Of a stretch of 64,000 bases of DNA, positions 49,094 through 59,113 are shown piece by piece; the stretch's first letter is position 1, and each line of letters begins with the position of its first letter. The translations under genes and the position numbers were made by a program. This stretch comes from Granulicella sp. (lineage in GTDB: Bacteria; Acidobacteriota; Terriglobia; Terriglobales; Acidobacteriaceae). The notes below the pieces were generated by a model that was given only the letters and a program-made list of their open reading frames with translations, was not told the origin of the DNA and did not search any database. Where the stretch lies: NCBI GenBank assembly GCA_027339965.1, contig DAHWNL010000039.1, forward strand, positions 1 to 64,000. Direction: 5' to 3'.

Positions 49094-50148
49094 TCAACCG
49101 GGCATAGACATAAAATTGATCAGGGTAGTAATATTGGCCTCCACCGGAATCCCTCTGAGAAGAACGGGTTTGAATCGCAAGGTCTTCACATAGTCCAGGG
49201 CGGCCTGCTGGAATATCGTTGGACAGGCGATCACTTCCAGATGACTAACCGTTCCGTCTTTGCCGATGGTCGCCCATACTGCGACGGTACCGCTAAGGCG
49301 CAAACGGTAAGCAGTCGGCGGATAATGCGGTTGGGAGAAAGAATTAGGATTCTGCGATTCCGGGGGTAAAGTGATGAGAGCCGGCGTCGCCTGCGGCGGA
49401 GGATCTGTCTGGCCAGCCTGTGCCGGGGCGGGTTCGTCAATTGCATCCAGACGGATGTCGATTGTCGGCATGCCGATGCGTTCTATGTGGATCTCTCTCG
49501 CCAGATAGCGCCCCTGAAACTTCACAATGGAGTTCAAGGTGACCTGCACGAGCGAGCCGATCTCCATCCGCAGGTCGCTCATCCCTGCATCAAAGCAGTC
49601 CTCTGAGGTCCGCATCCCTCTTGAGGTCAGAACTCCTCTCAGCGTAGGCGTAGCATGGTGAAAAGTCACGCAATGCAGGGTCACCTTCCCCTTCCGGAGG
49701 AGCCCGGCGGTGAATTGGCCAGCGTCCGCGGCGGGCGGAATCCGGATCGGATGGACGATGACCTCGTCGATGAAAGCGTCAATCCAAGCGCGTGAGCCGT
49801 GAACGTTCAGTTCGAAGCGTCCCCTGGGCGTGCTCCAGTCTGTTTGCTCAAAGTCCGGAGAGTCGTGGATCACCTCCCACTGATGAGGACCCGCCCACCA
49901 CTCCTCCCAAGTACCCTGCTTTTCGGGCTTCCCCTTCGGATCCAGGAGCTGCCAGGAGGCTCGCACGTGCCAGGAAGTACCGTTCAAGTCATGCAGGCCG
50001 TTCTGTTGTTCGGCGAACTGCAGCAACGGGCGCTGGGCATTCGCGATTTGGGCGGCTGGCTGTCGCTGGATGGTGCCTGCGCGAGAACAGATAAGTGAAT
50101 GAGCGGAACAGACAGGAACAGCGCGGCCAAGCGGACGGTAAGGCTCAT
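49094..50148 (-). pseudogene. TonB C-terminal-domain protein; signal-peptide region out of frame (~50030-50050)
   Basis: PHYPPTA..SGTVAVWATIGKDGTV..AALDYVK.LRFKPVLLRGIPVE; the leader MSLTVRLAALFL...AQAP is in another frame. Confidence 0.75.
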
Positions 50149-50347
50149 GAAGGCACCTGCCTTCAATGGGTCGAGGTTTCGAGTCGAAGCTCGATTCCGG
50201 AGTTTACCTGTGGCTTTGTCTGCGCCCAATTATCCCCAATTTGAAACTATGGGCGATCTCCTCTGCAGTCGGCTGGTACCGCAAAGATCAGGTACAGTTG
50301 ACCAGCATGAGCAAGCGTCTTCGAGCGCGGCGACGACTTCAGCGCGC

Positions 50348-51748
50348 CTACTCATGCGTCGAGATACCCAAAGCCTTCATCTTGCGGTAGAGGTGGGAAC
50401 GTTCCAGGCCAAGCGACTCTGCGGCGCGGCTGATGTTGCCATGGCAGCGATCCAGCTCTTTCAGGATGTAGTCGCGCTCATAAGCTTCACGGGCTTGCTG
50501 GAGGGTGGAGAACTCCTCGTGCGCCGCGCTCGGGACGCGGGAAGATGCACCTTCCGTACGCTGAACCAGCATGGGCAGATGTTTGGTTTCGATGCGCTGG
50601 GTCTTGGGGTTGAGAATCAGAACGCGCTCAATGACGTTGCGCAGCTCGCGAACGTTTCCCGGCCAGTGGTAGTGCTGGAGCACGGTGATCGCGGCCTCGG
50701 CAATCTCGACGTGCGTCCGGCCATACTGCTGGCCAAACTCGGAGAGAAACTCGCGCGCGAGTAAAGGAATATCCTCCTTGCGATCACGCAGCGGAGGAAC
50801 GTAAAAAGGGATGACGTTGAGGCGGTAAAAGAGATCTTCGCGGAAGTTGCCGCGGGCGATCTCCTCTTCCAGATCCTTGTTGGTGGCCGCGATGACGCGG
50901 GTGTCCACGTGGACGGGCAATGAAGCTCCAACGGGATAAAAACGCTGCTCATCGAGGGTGCGCAGAACCTTGGCCTGGGTCTTGAGGCTCATATCTCCCA
51001 CCTCGTCCAGAAACAGCGTGCCGCCATCCGCGCGCTCGAAGGTACCCCGCTTGTCGCTGGGTTGGTTCGGGCCGCCTGGACCGGCGCCGTGACGATAGCC
51101 GAAGAGTTCGGTTTCGATGAAGTCTTCCGGAATGGCGGCGCAGTTCAGTTCGACAAAGACGCGGTCACGGCGCAGCGATTCGGCATGCATGGCGCGGGCG
51201 ATGAGCTCCTTGCCCGTGCCGGACTCGCCGAAGATCAGCACTCGGCCGTTGGTGGGAGCCATCAGTTTGATCTGTTGGCGAAGAGCCTTGACGGAGATAG
51301 ACTCCCCGGTAATGTTGCCTTTGGTAAGCTGGCGGGCAAGCTCCTGATTGTCTTCGCGGAGCCGATGCGCCTGGATGGCGTTGCGCAGAGCCAGCAGCGT
51401 GCGCTCCATCGAGAGCGGCTTCTCCAGGAAGTCGTAGGCGCCGAGCTTGGTGGCGCGAACCGCGGCTTCAATGGTGCCGTGGCCGGAGATCATGATGACC
51501 TCAGGGGTGCCTGGCCGCGGCGGTGCGTTCTGAGAGATGTCACCGCGAATCGACGAGAGAACATCCAGGCCGTCACCGTCGGGAAGCCAGATATCGAGAA
51601 GAACAGCCTGGAAGTCCGCGTCTCGAATCAGCTCCAGGGCTTCGGCGGCGGTGCCTGCGGTGGTGATGGCGTAGTTCTCCTCACGCAGAATGGCCTCCAG
51701 GGACTCGCGGATGTCGGCTTCGTCGTCAACAATAAGGACGTGATTCAA
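50348..51748 (-). CDS. NtrX-like REC-AAA+-HTH response regulator
   Basis: LLDIWLP receiver, GESGTGKE, GGTLFLDE, WPGNVREL, Fis-type HTH. Confidence 0.93.
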   Translation of the reverse strand: MNHVLIVDDEADIRESLEAILREENYAITTAGTAAEALELIRDADFQAVLLDIWLPDGDGLDVLSSIRGDISQNAPPRPGTPEVIMISGHGTIEAAVRATKLGAYDFLEKPLSMERTLLALRNAIQAHRLREDNQELARQLTKGNITGESISVKALRQQIKLMAPTNGRVLIFGESGTGKELIARAMHAESLRRDRVFVELNCAAIPEDFIETELFGYRHGAGPGGPNQPSDKRGTFERADGGTLFLDEVGDMSLKTQAKVLRTLDEQRFYPVGASLPVHVDTRVIAATNKDLEEEIARGNFREDLFYRLNVIPFYVPPLRDRKEDIPLLAREFLSEFGQQYGRTHVEIAEAAITVLQHYHWPGNVRELRNVIERVLILNPKTQRIETKHLPMLVQRTEGASSRVPSAAHEEFSTLQQAREAYERDYILKELDRCHGNISRAAESLGLERSHLYRKMKALGISTHE

Positions 51749-54174
51749 GCAGAGATTCCCTCCGTCTGATGCGGGATCTCCGGCGTCGACGGGGCGCTGG
51801 GAATCTCGGATACGTCAGTGGCAGTGCGCAGTTCCATGATGAAGCGCGCGCCGGTTGGGAGGTTCTTTTCCGCTCGGATGGAGCCATGGTGCTCCTGCAC
51901 GATCTTGGCGGCGATGGAGAGCCCAAGGCCGGTTCCGCGCTGCTTGGTGGAGAAGTACGGGAGGAAAAGGCTCTCGCGCATCTCGTCGGTGAGGCCTGGA
52001 CCAGTGTCCGCGATGGCCAACTCGACCATGCCCGAAGGAAGGGTGCGGGTAGATACGTGCATTTCTCGGAGCAGGCTATCTTGCATCGCTTCCGCAGCGT
52101 TATCGATGAGGTTGGAGAGAGCGCGCTTGAGGGCCTCCGGGTCAGCCAGCACCAGAGGAAGTCCGGGCTGCAGATCGCGGTACACGCGAATGTTCCCCAG
52201 CCGGCCGGCAAAGAGCGCCAGCGAGTTCTCCACAATGGCGTTGAGGCTAAACGGCCGGGGACGCGAGCTGGGAAACTCGGCAAGCGCGGAGAACTGATCC
52301 ACGAGCGAGCGCATCGTCTCCACGGAGGCCGTGATGATCTCACTGGAGTGCTGGATCACTGCCGGAGAAGGTGAGTCCAGATGGTGTTGCGTGAGCATCG
52401 TGCTGATTCTGAGGATGTGGCGGCGAATCAGCTCGGCGTTCAGAGAGATGGGAGTCAGGGGGTTCTTGATCTCGTGCGCGACCCGGCGAGCGACCTCCTT
52501 CCAGGCGCTTTGCTTTTGGGCGCGGAGCAGTTCAGTGGCATCTTCCAGCACCAGTACATAGCCAAGATGCTCGCGGATGGGCCGCTCCGTACCTAACGGT
52601 CCAGACGCGCCCGGAGCAAATTGGCCCGAAGTTCCGCCGGACTGGCCTTCAAGAAGAGCTACGGTCGCAGCCAGATGGAGAACGCCACTGCTGGACTGCA
52701 TCTGCATCTCCGAGGATGCGGAGCCCATACGGTGGGCACGGCGAAGGAGATGGTCAAGGTTATGGACGATGTCTTCCGGGAGAGCCGCGGAAAGCGGCAG
52801 ACCGACGAACTGGCGCTGGCCGCCTGGGTCCAGCATCTCGGAGAAGGCTCGGTTCGCCAGCAGAATCCGGCGATCCGCCGAAAGAGTGATGACACCGGAG
52901 GGGATGGTCTCAATCATCGTCTCCAGCTCGTTACGGCGGGCCTGAAGGGCTTGATTCAGGGCAGAGAGCTGCTCGCTGGAGCGAGCAGCGGCGGTGTGGG
53001 CGCTCTCCAGATCCGCAGCCATGGCGTTGAAGCGTTCCACCAACTCTCCGAGTTCCTCGGTGACCGACTGGCCGACCCGGTGAGCGTAATCGCCGGCGGC
53101 GATAGCCTCCATGGCGTCAGCCAGGGATTCAACGGGCCGAGTGACCTGTTTGCTCAGGTTCAGCGCCAGCCAGCAGCCGGCAAAGAGCGCCAGCGCGGTG
53201 GTGAGCAGAAGAAAGCCCATGTAGAGGCTGCGGATCTCACGTCGCTCCCGATAGAGCATCCAATAGGCGGCCGCAGAGCGGCTAAGGCGCTCTGAGACGG
53301 CCGAGATCCCGGCAGGGATGGGAAGAGCGGCTACCACCAGACCGCCGTGAGGGAGCGCGGCTGTGGCCAGGGTGTATTCGCTGCCTGAAAGAGTGTAGAA
53401 GGGCTCATCCGTGCGTTGCGCGGCCTGCAGAATGGCCTTCAGCGTAGGACCTTGCAACCGGGAACTGGAGCCGGATTTGGACTCGGAGCCGTCATCCGCA
53501 GCGGATTCGGCCGGCTGAATGGGCCGCAGCACGGCTTGCCCGGAAGGATTGCTCGGAACATCCAGCGAGGAAACCGGCTCTCCATTCCTGTACAAAGCCA
53601 CAAAGCCGCCCTGAAGCGTCACCTCGTGGCGCCGCAAGATCTGCTGAATCTGCGCCAGGGACGCGGGCGAGAACTGTGGGCTATTCTCGCTGAGGTTGGT
53701 GAGTTCGACCGCGATGGAGTCGGCCTCCGAGCGGGCGTTAGCATCCACGTACTGATAGAGATCGAGAGCCATCCGATCAGCGTCCTGGCGCATCTGGGTA
53801 ACAGGCTGGGAAAACCAGCGATCCACGGCTCGGTTCATCAGCAGATAGCTGAAGAGAAACATGAAGACCAAGGGGACCACCGAGACCAGAAACGCTCCCC
53901 AAAGCATCCGCGTGCGCAGGCGCGTGCCCAGGACCTGGCTGCGTTGATCGGCGTAGAGCTTGAGGACGTTGCGGACCAGCAGCACCAGCACGCCGATAAA
54001 GAGCAGAAAGGCCAGTACCGAGAGACTGACAAAGACTTCTGTCTGAAGCAGCGAGCTGGGATTGAGGAAGTTGAGGTTAAAGGCATTGAGAGCAGCCAAG
54101 GCCAGGAAGAGCACAAGCAGGCTAGCGCCAAGCACGATGACCAGCACGCGACGCCGATTGGCTGCAACTCCCAT
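51745..54174 (-). CDS. NtrY-like sensor histidine kinase (HAMP-PAS-HisKA-HATPase)
   Basis: AWKEVARRVAHEIKNPLTPI, NLIDNA, DTGPG, GTGLGL; several N-terminal TM helices. Confidence 0.93.
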   Translation of the reverse strand: MGVAANRRRVLVIVLGASLLVLFLALAALNAFNLNFLNPSSLLQTEVFVSLSVLAFLLFIGVLVLLVRNVLKLYADQRSQVLGTRLRTRMLWGAFLVSVVPLVFMFLFSYLLMNRAVDRWFSQPVTQMRQDADRMALDLYQYVDANARSEADSIAVELTNLSENSPQFSPASLAQIQQILRRHEVTLQGGFVALYRNGEPVSSLDVPSNPSGQAVLRPIQPAESAADDGSESKSGSSSRLQGPTLKAILQAAQRTDEPFYTLSGSEYTLATAALPHGGLVVAALPIPAGISAVSERLSRSAAAYWMLYRERREIRSLYMGFLLLTTALALFAGCWLALNLSKQVTRPVESLADAMEAIAAGDYAHRVGQSVTEELGELVERFNAMAADLESAHTAAARSSEQLSALNQALQARRNELETMIETIPSGVITLSADRRILLANRAFSEMLDPGGQRQFVGLPLSAALPEDIVHNLDHLLRRAHRMGSASSEMQMQSSSGVLHLAATVALLEGQSGGTSGQFAPGASGPLGTERPIREHLGYVLVLEDATELLRAQKQSAWKEVARRVAHEIKNPLTPISLNAELIRRHILRISTMLTQHHLDSPSPAVIQHSSEIITASVETMRSLVDQFSALAEFPSSRPRPFSLNAIVENSLALFAGRLGNIRVYRDLQPGLPLVLADPEALKRALSNLIDNAAEAMQDSLLREMHVSTRTLPSGMVELAIADTGPGLTDEMRESLFLPYFSTKQRGTGLGLSIAAKIVQEHHGSIRAEKNLPTGARFIMELRTATDVSEIPSAPSTPEIPHQTEGISA

Positions 54175-54331
54175 GCGAGCAAGTTTACTCGCTTTCCGGC
54201 AGAGGATTTGGCCGGGAGCGGGGTAGACGCCGGCAGCGAGCGGGCGAAGCAATCCTCCGAAGCCGCGAGCGGACTGCCCTTCCGGTTGCCAGGTTTGCAT
54301 CCGCAACTCGTATGATGACATTCGAACCCCT

Positions 54332-55135
54332 ATGCCCGCGCCACAATCCCTCGCCTCCCAAACGATCTTGGCAAACGCTGCAGCGCTTCGCGTGGAGAAC
54401 CTCCGCAAACAATATGGGCGTCTGGAAGCGGTCAAAGGAGTCTCCTTTCAGGTCTTCCCCGGTGAGATTGTGGGGCTGCTGGGAGTCAACGGGGCCGGCA
54501 AAACCACGACCATCAGCATGTTGCTGGGAGTGCTGGAGCCCACCGCCGGTTCCATCGAAGTGGGTTCCGTGAATCTATTGCGCCACCGTTCGCAGGCCCT
54601 TGCCGGAAGCAACTTTGCCGCGGTGTACGCTCCGCTCCCAGGAAACCTTACCGTTTACCAGAATCTGCGTGTGTTTGCGCTTCTCTATGGCGTTCCGGAC
54701 TTCCCCGCGCGCCTGCAGGCAGTGCTGGACGCCTTTGACCTGCATCGATTTCGAGACGCTAAATGCGGAGTGCTCTCCTCCGGCGAGCAGACGCGAGTGG
54801 GCCTGGCCAAAGCCCTACTGAGCCGTCCCCGAGTGCTGCTTCTCGACGAACCCACCGCCTCGATCGATCCGGCCAGCGCGCGGGCGATTCGCACCACAAT
54901 CCGCCATTTCGCCGCCCAGGCGCAGACCGGCGTCCTCTGGACATCCCACAATATGTATGAGGTGGAGGAGGTCTGCACGCGGGTTTTGTTCCTCTCGCGG
55001 GGAGAGATCGTTCTGGAGGGCGATCCTCGCAAGCTTCCCCGGGAGCACGGCAAGTCCAGCCTGGAAGATCTCTTCATCCATGTCACCCGCCAAGCCACGG
55101 ACGGAGAGCAGAGACTGGAGGCAAGATCGTCATGA
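54332..55135 (+). CDS. ABC transporter ATP-binding protein
   Basis: GVNGAGKTT, LSSGEQ, LLLDEPT. Confidence 0.93.
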   Translation: MPAPQSLASQTILANAAALRVENLRKQYGRLEAVKGVSFQVFPGEIVGLLGVNGAGKTTTISMLLGVLEPTAGSIEVGSVNLLRHRSQALAGSNFAAVYAPLPGNLTVYQNLRVFALLYGVPDFPARLQAVLDAFDLHRFRDAKCGVLSSGEQTRVGLAKALLSRPRVLLLDEPTASIDPASARAIRTTIRHFAAQAQTGVLWTSHNMYEVEEVCTRVLFLSRGEIVLEGDPRKLPREHGKSSLEDLFIHVTRQATDGEQRLEARSS

Positions 55136-55935
55136 ATCCTGCCCGCATCGCCGCCATCCTGCTGCGCCAACTCTACCTTTATCGGGGCAGCCCTGCCCGC
55201 GTGGTTCCGCTCTTTGCCTGGGTGACCGTCGATATGGTCCTTTGGGGTTTCATGACCAGATTCCTCGGCTCGCTGGCCCACACCGCGTATCGCTTTGTTC
55301 CCGCCCTTCTGGGAGCCGTCCTCTTTTGGGACTTCATGACCCGGGTGATGCAGGGCGTGACCACCGGGTTCTTTGAAGATGTCTGGTCGCGCAACTTCCT
55401 CAACATCTTCTCCACCCCGATCACCGTGTTGGAGTATATTGCGGGCCTTTTGCTCTCCAGCCTGGTCACCAGCCTGGTGGGGCTTGGGGCCATGATCGCC
55501 GTGGCCGGCGTCGCCTTTGGGTTGAGCTTCGCCGCTTATGGCATGACCGCTCTCCCCTTTGTCCTCGTCCTGCTGCTCAGCGGCATGGCCATGGGGGTGA
55601 CCGCCATTGCCATCGTCCTTCGCTTCGGACCCGCAGCGGAGTGGTTCATTTGGCCGATCCCGGCGCTGCTCTCCCCTTTCGCCTGCGTCTATTACCCGCT
55701 CTCTACCCTCCCGGCCCATCTGCAGGGATTGGCTCGACTCTTGCCCCCGACCTACGTCTTTGAAGGTCTGCGAGCGATGGTGGCAGGCCATGGATTCCAG
55801 GCATCTCTCCTGGTCACCGCCCTTCTCCTTGCCTTCGCCTATATCCTTCTGGCCTATGCGATCTTCGCGAGAGTCTTCCGCCATGCTCTCCAAAGCGGGC
55901 TGATCATCCGGTACAGCGCCGAAACCGTCTCGTAG
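55132..55935 (+). CDS. ABC-2 type permease
   Basis: Six TM segments, YYPLSTLP..LARLLPPTYVFEGLR; ATGA coupling. Confidence 0.92.
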   Translation: MNPARIAAILLRQLYLYRGSPARVVPLFAWVTVDMVLWGFMTRFLGSLAHTAYRFVPALLGAVLFWDFMTRVMQGVTTGFFEDVWSRNFLNIFSTPITVLEYIAGLLLSSLVTSLVGLGAMIAVAGVAFGLSFAAYGMTALPFVLVLLLSGMAMGVTAIAIVLRFGPAAEWFIWPIPALLSPFACVYYPLSTLPAHLQGLARLLPPTYVFEGLRAMVAGHGFQASLLVTALLLAFAYILLAYAIFARVFRHALQSGLIIRYSAETVS

Positions 55936-55992
55936 AGCCGGATAGGCTCCACCTCGAAAACCACAACGGCATGGGAGCTTCGCTCGACCCGA

Positions 55993-57108
55993 TCACGCGA
56001 GCAGGTCACACACAGGTGTGAACTCACGGCCCTGGGCCAGTGCGACAGCTCTGTAGGTAAGCGAGCCCTGGAAGGTGTTGACTCCTTCGGCGATACCCGC
56101 ATCTTCTCGTATGGCGGCGTTGGCCCCGCGTTGGGCGAGCTTCAGGACATAAGGGAAGGTGGCGTTGGTCAGGGCCAGGGTACTGGTGTTGGGAACCGCC
56201 GCGGGCATGTTGGTCACGCAGTAATGGACGACGCCCTCCAGCAGGAAACTCGGCTCGGAGTGAGTAGTGGGGTGCGCCGTCTCGATGCAGCCCCCCTGGT
56301 CGATGGCGACATCGACAATGACCGCTCCCTTGCGCATCTTCGCCACCATAGATCGGGTGACAATCTTGGGAGCGGCGGCACCCGGAATCAGGACGCCGCC
56401 AATGACCAGATCGGCTTCGGCCACGGCGCGCTCCACATTGTAGGCATTGGAGTAAAGAGTTTTGAGACGGCCGGAGAAGATGTCATCCAGTTCGCGCAGG
56501 CGGTTCAGATTCAGCTCGACCAAGGTCACGCTCGCTCCCATGCCCAGGGCTACTTTGGCTGCATTTGTGCCCACGATGCCGCCGCCAATGATGCAAACCT
56601 TGCCCGGAGGAACGCCCGGAACGCCGCCCAGAAGGACTCCCCTCCCGCCGTGCTCCTTTTCCAAATAGGCAGCGCCCACCTGCACCGAGAGACGTCCGGC
56701 CACCTCAGACATTGGAGTGAGCAGAGGAAGACCGCCCGAGCCGTCGCGGACGGTCTCATAGGCAATTCCAATCACCTTCCTTTCCAGCAGGGCGGCGGTG
56801 AGCTCGCGTACCGGGGCCAGATGCAGATAGGTAAATAGAACAAGCCCGGGACGGAAGTAGGCATACTCCTTTTCGACCGGCTCCTTGACCTTGACCACCA
56901 TGTCCGAGGTCGCCCAGACGGCGGCGGCATCGGGAACGATAACCGCACCAACCGCCAGATAGTCCGCGTCTGGAAAGGACGAGAGGGCGCCGGCATCGTG
57001 CTCGACCAGAACTTTATGGCCGGCATCCACAATCGCTTTGGCTCCTGCCGGGGTAATGCCCACCCGGCTCTCGTGGTCTTTGACTTCCTTGGGAACACCG
57101 ATGATCAT
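55993..57108 (-). CDS. ald: Alanine dehydrogenase
   Basis: [40 protein letters not shown]. Confidence 0.97.
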   Translation of the reverse strand: MIIGVPKEVKDHESRVGITPAGAKAIVDAGHKVLVEHDAGALSSFPDADYLAVGAVIVPDAAAVWATSDMVVKVKEPVEKEYAYFRPGLVLFTYLHLAPVRELTAALLERKVIGIAYETVRDGSGGLPLLTPMSEVAGRLSVQVGAAYLEKEHGGRGVLLGGVPGVPPGKVCIIGGGIVGTNAAKVALGMGASVTLVELNLNRLRELDDIFSGRLKTLYSNAYNVERAVAEADLVIGGVLIPGAAAPKIVTRSMVAKMRKGAVIVDVAIDQGGCIETAHPTTHSEPSFLLEGVVHYCVTNMPAAVPNTSTLALTNATFPYVLKLAQRGANAAIREDAGIAEGVNTFQGSLTYRAVALAQGREFTPVCDLLA

Positions 57109-57292
57109 CCTAGATTCTCCTGAAAGGGGTGATGCTTGTCGATCTTCTAGACTCTCTCATGTTTCGTCTGGAAAACGTCTTGAGTATAGCTGCCTTCAGC
57201 ACCTGCCGGGAAAGAGCCCTCGCAGGCCGTACAATGAAAGGGCCGGGTTAGATACAACCTTTGCTCTTGACTCTAGGAAGCTGATCGGTCTC

Positions 57293-58357
57293 ATGTCCTC
57301 GAAAAACTTTCAGATGCGGACCTCACGTGTAAGCAATATGCGGTCCATCTTTTCGCTGTTCTCCAGTGATCTTGCGATTGATCTTGGAACGGCAAACACG
57401 CTCGTGTTTGCTCATGGCAAAGGAATTATCGTCAATGAACCGTCCATCATCGCGGTCAACCGCGTGACCGGCGAGGTGGAAGCCGTGGGCAAGGAGGCCA
57501 AGGAGATGCTTGGCCGAACACCCGGCAATATCATTGCCATCAAGCCCATGAAGGACGGCGTGATCGCGGACTTCAAGCAGACCGAAAAGATGCTGAACTA
57601 CTTTATTCAGAAGGCGCATAACCGCAAGATGATGGTTCACCCGCGGATCGTCATCGGCGTGCCCAGCGAGATCACGCAGGTGGAGAAGCGGGCGGTGATG
57701 GATTCGGCCTATCGCGCCAAAGCCAGCGAGGTGCATCTGGTGGAGCAGGCGATGGTGGCGGCGATCGGTGCCGGGTTGCCGATTACCGAGCCCGGCGGCA
57801 ATATGGTTGTCGATATCGGAGGTGGAACAACGGATATTGCGGTGATTTCGCTGGCCGGGATCGTGTACTCGCGATCGGTTCGGATGGCCGGCAACCAGAT
57901 GGACGAGGCCGTAATGACCTACCTGAAGCGCAAGTACAACCTTCTGGTGGGGGAGCGCACCGCGGAACAGATCAAGATCGATATTGGCTCTGCCTACCCG
58001 CTGGACAAACCGCTATCCATGGAAATTAAGGGGCGCAACCTGATTGAAGGCGTGCCCAAGACAATCACCATTGACGATACGGAGATCCGCGAGGCCCTGG
58101 GCGAAAGTATTGCCACCATCCTGAATGCGATTCGCGTGGCGCTGGAGCGTACCCCGCCGGAGTTGTCCGCGGATATCTCCGACCGGGGTATCGTGCTTAC
58201 CGGCGGAGGAGCCTTGATCAAAAATCTGGACAAACGCATTCGCGAGGAGACCGGACTTCCTGTAACCATTGCGGATGATCCGCTGGCCAGCGTGGTGCTG
58301 GGAACCGGAAAGATGCTCTCCGACTTCAGGCTGCTGCGCAAAATCTCGATCGATTGA
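57293..58357 (+). CDS. mreB: Rod shape-determining actin homolog MreB (start 57293 or 57338)
   Basis: DLAIDLGTANT, VVDIGGGTT, TPPELSADI, GIVLTGGGA. Confidence 0.97.
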   Translation: MSSKNFQMRTSRVSNMRSIFSLFSSDLAIDLGTANTLVFAHGKGIIVNEPSIIAVNRVTGEVEAVGKEAKEMLGRTPGNIIAIKPMKDGVIADFKQTEKMLNYFIQKAHNRKMMVHPRIVIGVPSEITQVEKRAVMDSAYRAKASEVHLVEQAMVAAIGAGLPITEPGGNMVVDIGGGTTDIAVISLAGIVYSRSVRMAGNQMDEAVMTYLKRKYNLLVGERTAEQIKIDIGSAYPLDKPLSMEIKGRNLIEGVPKTITIDDTEIREALGESIATILNAIRVALERTPPELSADISDRGIVLTGGGALIKNLDKRIREETGLPVTIADDPLASVVLGTGKMLSDFRLLRKISID

Positions 58358-58935
58358 CGGCGCGATCGCGTTCCGTGCCCGATCGCGACGCCGTGCCGAA
58401 GGATTGCAAAGAGCGCCGCGGACAAGCCTGCACCCGCAACCAAGTGACGGCTACAGGCAAGGCTGGAACTGCCCGAGGGTGAGCGCAAGCCTGGGGCGAA
58501 GTGTCCTGAACGGATCCATCGGAGAAGACCATCCGCTGCGGGAGCACGGACTTCCGGTTCGGATGGAGTTCTCTACCCTGCGATCAGCGCGGCGACAGGA
58601 AGCCAGCACGGATAGCCCGCTTGAAAATGCCGGCAGAACCTTGTTGAAGAACAAAGTTTCGGGCAAAAAACTATTCCAATCCGTTACCTAGCTGCGCTTG
58701 ACTGTGTAACAGCGTCAGACGCTCCACCATCGGCTGCGGCCCGTCTGCTGCTCCAGTGTGTCTTCGACAAACTCTCAGGCGCCTTGCAGCTGTGTCGGAA
58801 CGATCCACCGCGCATCGGCGGCTCACCCTCCTTCCATCGGATTGGTGGCGAAGGCTTGTCTCCTCTTCGCTTGGCTGGGGCGATTCTTTAGAATTTAGCG
58901 ATCTTAGGACCGACGCAAAATATTTTTCCCTTCTC

Positions 58936-58961
58936 TGTAACGATTGGGGCCATGGATGTCT
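58936..58961 (+). promoter_or_regulatory. Possible ECF-sigma promoter for the efflux operon
   Basis: TGTAAC-N16-GTCT, ~150 bp upstream of the TolC start. Confidence 0.35.
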
Positions 58962-59113
58962 TTCTTATAGTGTCAGCAGCATCACCCGGGATCTCCGAGA
59001 TCACCGCTGAACTGAGGATCGTGGACTTCGATTGAGGTGAGAGTTACCGCTGCGGTATCCTCTTGACCGTCATCGATTTCAAAAGAAATGCTGCAAGCAG
59101 AGGGCCGGAGGGT

